Translations under genes and position numbers: made by a program | The notes under the pieces: generated by a model | The model's input: the letters and a program-made list of their open reading frames with translations, nothing else | Database searches by the model: none | Told to the model about the DNA's origin: nothing | Assembly: GCA_964512735.1 (NCBI GenBank) | Contig: CAZEKQ010000003.1 | Location: 5,951 to 69,950, forward strand | Direction of reading: 5' to 3' | Source of the DNA: an uncultured Eubacteriales bacterium | GTDB lineage: Bacteria; Bacillota; Clostridia; Oscillospirales; Acutalibacteraceae | Length of the DNA: 64,000 nucleotides | Shown: positions 57,526 through 64,000 of the stretch, piece by piece | Position numbering within the stretch: position 1 is the first letter of the stretch | Layout of the letters: every line of letters begins with the position of its first letter

Positions 57526-57559
57526 AAGGGCATTTATTGTAAAATACAATAATGTCCTT
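57526..57559 (+). terminator. Terminator after the HPr-like gene
   Basis: aagggcatttattgta-aaa-tacaataatgtcctt (imperfect stem) followed by GTTTTGTGT. Confidence 0.55.
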
Positions 57560-57573
57560 GTTTTGTGTATAAA

Positions 57574-58242
57574 TTAAAGCAAATAAAGTATGAATATAAA
57601 ATGCAAAATACTTCCAGCTAGTACAAACATATGAAATGTTAAATGCATATATCTTGTACGCTTACCAATCAAATATAATATTGCTCCTATCGAATATAAA
57701 AATCCACCAAAAAACAAATACCAAATTGACCTAGGGTCTACCACCTGAAGAATTGGCCTTATTGCAACTAATATGCACCACCCCATTGCAACGTAGCATA
57801 TTAAAGAGAACATTCTAAATTTATTAATATTAATCGAATTTAGAATAACGCCCAAAATTGCAAGTGCCCAAACTACACCGAATATTGTCCACGCAAGGGT
57901 TTTGTCTACTTTTCTAACTGCACACAGAGCTATTGGAGTGTAAGTGCCTGCGATAAATAAAAATATTGAACACCTGTCTATTATTCTAAAAATTTTTTTA
58001 GACATATTTGTCTCTGGCAATGCGTGATAAACACTAGAAACTGTGTATAAGAAAAGAAGCGTTGTGCCGTAGATGGCACCACTTATAACACCCCACAAAT
58101 TTTGGTTTATTGTTGCAACTATTATACATCCTGCAAAAGCAATAATCGCAAACCAACATCCAATAATATGTGATGATGAATTAAAAATTTCTTCTTCACT
58201 TATCCGTTGTGAAAATTTTGTGTTTTCTTCTTTCTTTTTCAT
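57574..58242 (-). CDS. Hemolysin III / PAQR family 7-TM protein
   Basis: Seven predicted TM helices with family His motifs (SSSHIIG, SSVYHAL, HMFVLAGSILHF). ATG 58242 lies 9 nt after AGGTG. Confidence 0.82.
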   Translation of the reverse strand: MKKKEENTKFSQRISEEEIFNSSSHIIGCWFAIIAFAGCIIVATINQNLWGVISGAIYGTTLLFLYTVSSVYHALPETNMSKKIFRIIDRCSIFLFIAGTYTPIALCAVRKVDKTLAWTIFGVVWALAILGVILNSININKFRMFSLICYVAMGWCILVAIRPILQVVDPRSIWYLFFGGFLYSIGAILYLIGKRTRYMHLTFHMFVLAGSILHFIFILYLL

Positions 58243-58311
58243 TAAAATTAACACCTGTCAATTCAATATGTTGATATCTATTGTAATTCAATAATATTGA
58301 CAAAAAATGAA

Positions 58312-58354
58312 CATTTTAAAAACAAAAAGGACAACAGCAAAAACCGTTGTCCTT
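58312..58354 (-). terminator. Terminator after tsf
   Basis: Minus strand AAGGACAACGG-TTTTTG-CTGTTGTCCTT followed by TTTTGTTTTTAAAA. Confidence 0.75.
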
Positions 58355-58371
58355 AATACTATAAAATTATA

Positions 58372-59301
58372 CTAATTCATCATGCTTGCTACTTCGTCAG
58401 CAAAATTATCTTCTCTTTTTTCAAGACCTTCACCCTTAGCAAATCTTGTAAAGCCAAGGACTTTTATTTCGCCACCGAGTTGTGTTGCAGTATCTTTAAC
58501 ATATTTTGCTACAGAGCTATGGTCTGTGCTCTTAACAAACTCTTGTTCCATAAGACAAACTTCTTTGAAGTATTTTGAAATTTTCCCTCTAATAATGCCT
58601 TCTATAACTTTTTCAGGCTTATTTTTCATTTTCTCATCTTCATTAATTTGAGCTAAAAGAATGCCTTTTTCGTGCTCAACTGTTTCTTGTGGTACAGAGC
58701 TTGAATCAAGAAACTGTGGATTCATAGCTGCAACTTGCATTGCAACGTCTTTACCCATTGCGATAAATTCTTCAGCACTTGCCGTTTTTTCATCTGTATC
58801 GAAGTGAACCATAACACCAACAGTTCCACCACCGTGGATGTATGTTGCTACCGCACCCTCTATACGCTCAAAACGGCGGATTTTGATGTTCTCACCAATT
58901 GAAAGAACCTTATCTTGAAGATTTTCAACAACTTTTCTATCTGTTCCAAAAAGGTTTTGCTCGAGGAGAGCATCAACATCAGCTGGGTTTGATTCTACAA
59001 CTGTTTTTGCAACATCCAAAACAAATTCTTGGAACTCTGCATTCTTAGCTACAAAGTCTGTTTCTGCGTTAACTTCAACCATAACACTAACATTCTTGCT
59101 TTCATCTGTATAGGTAAGAACAACACCTTCTGCTGCAATTCTGCTAGCTTTCTTTGTTGCTGCTGCAAGTCCTTTTTCTCTTAAAAAGTCTATCGCCTTA
59201 TCCATATCTCCATCTGATTCAACAAGAGCTTTTTTACAATCCATCATACCGACTCCTGTTTTTTCACGAAGAGCCTGAACATCTTTTGCGGTGAACGCCA
59301 T
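58372..59301 (-). CDS. tsf: Elongation factor Ts
   Basis: 309 aa. TAKDVQALREKTGVGMMDCKKAL is the N-terminal UBA-like signature. Confidence 0.96.
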   Translation of the reverse strand: MAFTAKDVQALREKTGVGMMDCKKALVESDGDMDKAIDFLREKGLAAATKKASRIAAEGVVLTYTDESKNVSVMVEVNAETDFVAKNAEFQEFVLDVAKTVVESNPADVDALLEQNLFGTDRKVVENLQDKVLSIGENIKIRRFERIEGAVATYIHGGGTVGVMVHFDTDEKTASAEEFIAMGKDVAMQVAAMNPQFLDSSSVPQETVEHEKGILLAQINEDEKMKNKPEKVIEGIIRGKISKYFKEVCLMEQEFVKSTDHSSVAKYVKDTATQLGGEIKVLGFTRFAKGEGLEKREDNFADEVASMMN

Positions 59302-59339
59302 AAAAATTCCTCCTATATAATAAATCTAAAATTGTGCTT

Positions 59340-59373
59340 TATTCAAAATAAGCCCGCGCAATTAAGCACGGGC
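59340..59373 (-). terminator. Intercistronic hairpin between rpsB and tsf (partial terminator/attenuator)
   Basis: Minus strand GCCCGTGC-TTAATT-GCGCGGGC (one mismatch) followed by TTATTTTGAATAA. Confidence 0.5.
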
Positions 59374-59385
59374 ATTTCATTGTGA

Positions 59386-60120
59386 TTACTCAGCTACCTG
59401 CTCATTTTCTTTTTCTTCAGAAGCTTCTTCTGTTTGCTCGCCTTGTCTTCCCTCAACCACAGCGTCTGCCATAGCTGCTGTAATGAGTCTAACTGCACGA
59501 ATAGCATCATCGTTACCAGGAATTACATAGTCTATTTCATCTGGGTCACAGTTTGTATCAACAATAGCTATGATTGGAATTCCAAGTTTTTTTGCTTCTG
59601 CAACAGCTATTCTCTCTTTACGAGGGTCAACAATAAACATTGCTGCTGGTTGACGCTTCATTTCTGTAATTCCACCCATAAACTTTTCGAGCTTTTCAAT
59701 TTCAAGTTTAAGCTTCATTACCTCTTTTTTTGGAAGTAGCTCAAAAGTGCCGTCTTCTTCCATTGCTTTTAGCTGTGCAAGTCTTTTAATTCTGCGTTGA
59801 ATTGTTTTAAAGTTTGTAAGCATACCGCCAAGCCAACGAGCGTTTACAAAAGGCATACCGCAACGAAGTGCTTCCTCACGAACTGAATCTTGAGCCTGCT
59901 TTTTTGTACCTACAAAAAGAATCTCTTCTCCCTGTGCTGAAAGCTCACGAACGAACATATAAGCGTCCTCAAGCTTTTTAACAGTTTTTTGAAGGTCGAT
60001 AATATAAATACCGTTACGCTCTGTGAAGATGTACTCATCCATTTTAGGGTTCCATCTTCTTGTTTGGTGACCAAAGTGAACACCTGCTTCAAGCAATTGC
60101 TTCATTGAAACTACTGACAT
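59386..60120 (-). CDS. rpsB: 30S ribosomal protein S2
   Basis: 244 aa. [22 protein letters not shown] is the canonical S2 N-terminus. RBS AGGAGG. Confidence 0.97.
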   Translation of the reverse strand: MSVVSMKQLLEAGVHFGHQTRRWNPKMDEYIFTERNGIYIIDLQKTVKKLEDAYMFVRELSAQGEEILFVGTKKQAQDSVREEALRCGMPFVNARWLGGMLTNFKTIQRRIKRLAQLKAMEEDGTFELLPKKEVMKLKLEIEKLEKFMGGITEMKRQPAAMFIVDPRKERIAVAEAKKLGIPIIAIVDTNCDPDEIDYVIPGNDDAIRAVRLITAAMADAVVEGRQGEQTEEASEEKENEQVAE

Positions 60121-60230
60121 AATAAAAATCCTCCTAAGTTTTACCTCCGCACAGCTTTAAAGGTTTGAAACATTGCAACTCTTACAATGCACTAACAAAC
60201 CAAACACTGTTGCGTGTGTTTTGCCACGAA

Positions 60231-60259
60231 ATTATATCATACAATGACAAAAATTTCAA
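60231..60259 (-). promoter_or_regulatory. Sigma-A type promoter for rpsB-tsf
   Basis: Minus strand TTGAAA (60259-60254), 17-nt spacer, TATAAT (60236-60231). Implies a leader of about 100 nt. Confidence 0.55.
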
Positions 60260-60281
60260 GTACTTTTTTATCACTTATAAA

Positions 60282-60503
60282 TCAGTTATCAAAAAGATTA
60301 TTTTGAAGATTAAAAAGCTCTGATTTTCTTGCTTTTTCTTCATTTATTTCAAGCTTCATTATACCATTATTATCTACAACTATTATGCTTCCCTCATCTG
60401 TGCCTACTGGCAACTTTTCTATAGAAATATTTATCATTTCACCGTCATCTTTTTCACAAACTGCAACACCTGATTCAATTCTATCCACTATATATTTTTG
60501 CAT
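60282..60503 (-). CDS. DUF3006 family protein
   Basis: 73 aa. IVDRIESGVAVCEKDDGEMINISIEKLP fits the DUF3006 pattern. Its ATG overlaps the upstream stop (TAATG). Confidence 0.7.
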   Translation of the reverse strand: MQKYIVDRIESGVAVCEKDDGEMINISIEKLPVGTDEGSIIVVDNNGIMKLEINEEKARKSELFNLQNNLFDN

Positions 60504-61417
60504 TATGCTAACTCCCTTTCAGTAATATAGGTTAAATTTGAACCATCGCTGCCAACTACTATTGTTCCATTTTCATCTGTTCGCTTATAGTTTATGTCAT
60601 ACTTATTTAAAAGTTCTACAACTTCTTCGTGCGGATGTCCATATGAATTATCTTTTCCACAAGATATTATCGAAAAGCTTGGATTTACCGCTTGTAAAAA
60701 TCGCTCTGTGTTAGATGTGTTACTGCCGTGGTGCCCCAACTTTAAAACATTTGAGCGAATATCATAGCCACTACTTAGCAGTTCTTGCTCGATTTGTGAT
60801 TCTGCGTCCCCTGTAAACAAAAAGCTTGTATCGCCAAAGCTCAATTTTATTACAATAGACATATTATTTAAATTTTTGGACTGATTTGCAGGAGATAATA
60901 TTGCAAAATTCGCATCTCTAAGCTCGTATTCATTAAAAGGGGTTGCGGCAATAACATTTGCTCCAGAGTTTTTAACAGCTATCAAAAAATTTTCATATCC
61001 TTTTGTCGTTGGCATATTTTGCTCTGACAGCCTTGGCATTATAATGTTTTTCACATTAAAATTTTCAATAATAGAGGGCATCGCTCCGATGTGATCAGAG
61101 TGTGGGTGCGTTGTGACTATGTAATCTATTTTAACTACACCATTGTTTCTTAGGTATTTTATTATTTTTTCATCGTTATTTTTTTCACCCGAATCAATAA
61201 GCATTGTGCTGTCACCGAGTTTTATAAAAATACAATCTCCTTGACCAACATCAATAAAATGAACAGATAACGGATAATTTTCAATATCAGAATCAGTTTT
61301 AAGTCCTACTTTTTGGTATACATCTTCCCACGGTGCAAAAATAGATATAGTAATTATTGCCACAAAAACAACTAACGACACTAACCAGTTTTTATTATTT
61401 CTTATATCTTTTACCAT
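60503..61417 (-). CDS. Membrane-anchored metallo-beta-lactamase fold protein (ComEC C-terminal-domain-like)
   Basis: 304 aa. N-terminal TM helix, MBL motifs HFIDVGQGD, THPHSDHIG, GDAE, LKLGHHGS. Confidence 0.82.
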   Translation of the reverse strand: MVKDIRNNKNWLVSLVVFVAIITISIFAPWEDVYQKVGLKTDSDIENYPLSVHFIDVGQGDCIFIKLGDSTMLIDSGEKNNDEKIIKYLRNNGVVKIDYIVTTHPHSDHIGAMPSIIENFNVKNIIMPRLSEQNMPTTKGYENFLIAVKNSGANVIAATPFNEYELRDANFAILSPANQSKNLNNMSIVIKLSFGDTSFLFTGDAESQIEQELLSSGYDIRSNVLKLGHHGSNTSNTERFLQAVNPSFSIISCGKDNSYGHPHEEVVELLNKYDINYKRTDENGTIVVGSDGSNLTYITERELA

Positions 61418-63281
61418 TATTTTTCTTCCTATTATTTTTTCTTGAAGGGGCTGAATTTTTATAATTATTTTTGCTATTATCTTGATTGTTGTTTGGTTGC
61501 CTTACAAGGCATTTTTCAGAACTTCCTATCAAATCTGTTCTGCCCGCTTTTTGCAAAGCCTCTATTACAAGCTCTTTGTTTTTAGGATTAAAATATTGCA
61601 ACAACGCTCTTTGTAAAGCCTTGTCCTTAGAGCTTTTAGCTACATAGACAGGCTTCATTGTATATGGGTCAAGTCTTGTATAAAACATACAAGTCGAAAT
61701 TGTTCCCGGCGTTGGATAAAAGTCCTGAACCTGCTCTGGGCGTATTCTTTCTTTTTTCAAAAACTGAGCAAGCTCAATAGCGTCCGACAGCTCGCACCCA
61801 GGGTGAGAGGACATAAGATATGGAACTAAATACTGCTCTTTTCCCATACTTTTAGATAACTCAAAATATCTCTTAGAAAAACGAAGATAAGTTTCTATAT
61901 GCGGTTTTCCCATTTTGTCAAGCACTTGTGCTGAACAATGCTCTGGCGCTACTTTTAACTGCCCGCTCACGTGATGTTCTACAAGCTCTTTAAAAAATCT
62001 CTCATTATTATCTGCCAGCATATAATCATATCTTATGCCTGAGCGGATAAAAACTTTTTTTACCTTTGGTAGTTTTCTCAAATCTCTTAAAATTTCAATA
62101 TAATCGCTATGATCTGCTTTAAGCTGTTTGCAAGGAACTGGTGCAAGACATTTTTTGCCCTTGCAAAGTCCATTTTTTAATTGTTGCTGGCACGAGGGGT
62201 TGCGAAAGTTTGCGGTAGGACCTCCAACATCGTGGATATATCCTTTAAAATTTGGAGACTGAGTTAGTATTTTTGCCTCTTTTATTATAGACTCTTTGCT
62301 TCTAGATGTAATAAATCTACCTTGATGAAATGCTATAGAACAAAAATTGCAAGCACCAAAACACCCTCTGCTGTGTGTGATAGAAAACTCAACCTCTTCA
62401 ATTCCCGGAACACCGCCCAACTGTTCATAATACGGGTGATATGTTCTCTCATACGGTAAAGCATAGATTAGGTCAAGTTCCTGTTGAGTTAGAGGTGGCA
62501 TCGGCGGGTTTTGAACAAGCATTTTTGAGCCGTGCCTTTGTTTAATCAATTTCCCTCTTATATGGTCTTGCTCATCTTGTTGAATACGGCAAGCCTTTGC
62601 ATACTCTTTTTTGCTATTTAATATGTTTTCAAGGCTTGGACACTCAGCGCCCATTAGCGGTGTTTCTCTTACATCAACAGCATAACAAGTACCTTTAACA
62701 TCTGTTATTTTTGAAATCGGCTCACCGTTTGATAATCTGTTTGCAATCTCTATAGTTTGATTTTCACCCATTCCAAATGAGATTAAATCCGCTTTTGAAT
62801 CAAACAATATTGACGGTTTTATTTCATTATCCCAATAATCATAATGTGCAAATCTACGGAGCGATGCCTCAAGACCGCCTATAACAATTGGAACATCTCC
62901 ATACGCCTGTCTTATTAAATTACAATAAACTATAACTGCTCTATCTGGCCTTTTGCCCATTTTTCCGCCAGCTGTATAAGCATCTTTACTTCGTTTCTTT
63001 TTTGCAACGGTATAGTGTGCAACCATCGAATCAATGTTCCCTGATGAAACAAAAAAACCCAACCTTGGGCGACCAAATCGCTCAAAATCCTCGGTTGTAT
63101 TCCAGCGTGGTTGCGACAAAACAGCAACTTTATAGCCTTGACTTTCAAGCACTCTTGTTATAATTGCTGTACCAAAGCTAGGATGGTCAACATAAGCGTC
63201 ACCTGTTACATAAACAAAGTCTACGCCGTCCCATCCTTTTTCTGCTACTTCTTGTTTTGTTATTGGCAAAAAATTATTCAT
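61395..63281 (-). CDS. ygiQ: YgiQ family radical SAM protein (UPF0313)
   Basis: Start at ATG 63281 ([11 protein letters not shown]), overlapping the ftsK stop (ATGAATAA). Radical SAM cluster motif [12 protein letters not shown]-rich basic C-terminal tail. Confidence 0.85.
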   Translation of the reverse strand: MNNFLPITKQEVAEKGWDGVDFVYVTGDAYVDHPSFGTAIITRVLESQGYKVAVLSQPRWNTTEDFERFGRPRLGFFVSSGNIDSMVAHYTVAKKKRSKDAYTAGGKMGKRPDRAVIVYCNLIRQAYGDVPIVIGGLEASLRRFAHYDYWDNEIKPSILFDSKADLISFGMGENQTIEIANRLSNGEPISKITDVKGTCYAVDVRETPLMGAECPSLENILNSKKEYAKACRIQQDEQDHIRGKLIKQRHGSKMLVQNPPMPPLTQQELDLIYALPYERTYHPYYEQLGGVPGIEEVEFSITHSRGCFGACNFCSIAFHQGRFITSRSKESIIKEAKILTQSPNFKGYIHDVGGPTANFRNPSCQQQLKNGLCKGKKCLAPVPCKQLKADHSDYIEILRDLRKLPKVKKVFIRSGIRYDYMLADNNERFFKELVEHHVSGQLKVAPEHCSAQVLDKMGKPHIETYLRFSKRYFELSKSMGKEQYLVPYLMSSHPGCELSDAIELAQFLKKERIRPEQVQDFYPTPGTISTCMFYTRLDPYTMKPVYVAKSSKDKALQRALLQYFNPKNKELVIEALQKAGRTDLIGSSEKCLVRQPNNNQDNSKNNYKNSAPSRKNNRKKNNGKRYKK

Positions 63282-64000
63282 TTGACTGTTCCTGCTCTTC
63301 ATTTTCATCCTTTTCCGGTGCTTTGTCTGACGACATTGCGTTCATTTCAAGCCACTGTTGCTTTGTTATAAGCACCTTTCTTGGCTTGCTACCCTCAAAC
63401 TCACCTATAATGCCCCTACCCTCTAGCTCGTCTACCATTCTTGCTGCCCGTGCATACCCTACTTTTAATTTTCTTTGTAGCAGAGTTGTTGAGGCTTGTC
63501 CCGCTTCCACGACAACTTCAATAGCCTTTGGCAATAATTCATCCGAGTCATCTGCATCTCCATCACTCGAAATTGCAGAGCCTTTTTTGCCACCAGTTGC
63601 TGCCGCTTGGCGTTCAATCTCTTCTACAACGTCTTCATCGTATTCGCACTGTTCTTGCTCTTTTATGTAATTTATAACTGTTTCAACTTCCTTATCAGAA
63701 GTGTAACAACCTTGTATTCTAATAGGTTTTGATGTTCCAACAGGATAATACAGCATATCTCCGTTTCCTAACAGTTTTTCTGCTCCTGCCATATCAAGTA
63801 TCGTTCTTGAATCAACTTGAGACGAAACCGAGAGTGCTATTCGGCTTGGAATATTTGCTTTTATTATACCTGTAATAACATCAACCGATGGTCTTTGTGT
63901 TGCAATTACAAGGTGTATTCCCGCTGCACGAGCCATTTGTGCCAAACGACAAATCGAGTCCTCAACCTCATTTGGTGCCGCCATCATAAGGTCTGATAAC
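63274..64000 (-). CDS. ftsK: DNA translocase FtsK/SpoIIIE, C-terminal part (5' end beyond window)
   Basis: The frame stays open to the window edge (..[13 protein letters not shown]). Motor-domain end [16 protein letters not shown] and RIALSVSS. C-terminal gamma winged helix [25 protein letters not shown]. Confidence 0.93.
   Translation of the reverse strand, partial: LSDLMMAAPNEVEDSICRLAQMARAAGIHLVIATQRPSVDVITGIIKANIPSRIALSVSSQVDSRTILDMAGAEKLLGNGDMLYYPVGTSKPIRIQGCYTSDKEVETVINYIKEQEQCEYDEDVVEEIERQAAATGGKKGSAISSDGDADDSDELLPKAIEVVVEAGQASTTLLQRKLKVGYARAARMVDELEGRGIIGEFEGSKPRKVLITKQQWLEMNAMSSDKAPEKDENEEQEQSNE

Overview
This window comes from a low-GC, endospore-forming Firmicute with Clostridia-like gene content (spoIVA, spoVM, a SipL-like SPOCS/LysM protein, ytfI/ytfJ). 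I call 58 protein genes (one disrupted) and 2 tRNAs. 56 protein genes and both tRNAs are on the minus strand, tightly packed with many overlapping stop/start junctions. Positions 5,200-64,000 are conserved housekeeping:
- ParE/ParC-like type IIA topoisomerase
- ftsH-hpt-tilS, then dnaB-rplI-gdpP
- RNase J
- the priA-def-fmt-rsmB-rlmN-prpC-prkC-rsgA block, syntenic with B. subtilis ylo genes
- rpoZ-gmk-remA-yicC, scpAB, prmC
- a two-component system, cdaA-cdaR, ispF, tsf-rpsB, ygiQ, and the 3' part of ftsK

The only clearly accessory segment is the left 4.5 kb. It holds a 770-codon cas3 (HD nuclease plus SF2 helicase) that runs off the left edge and is missing from the ORF track because its stop lies off-window. 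Next to it is an ECF sigma/anti-sigma pair whose sigma gene carries an in-frame TAG. A tRNA-Trp/tRNA(CAU) pair with an unusual palindromic spacer separates this segment from the core.

I do not see a convincing undescribed multi-gene system inside the window, and no CRISPR array is present. The items most worth a second look:
- the cas3 edge
- the broken ECF sigma
- the clustered spoVM/sipL-like/spoIVA genes, including a 27-codon spoVM absent from the ORF track
- a His15-less HPr-like orphan
- long low-complexity extensions on FtsH and RNase J
- cdaA-cdaR followed by an FG-GAP repeat protein and a two-component system where glmM usually sits

All family assignments come from motifs read by eye. 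No database search was run.
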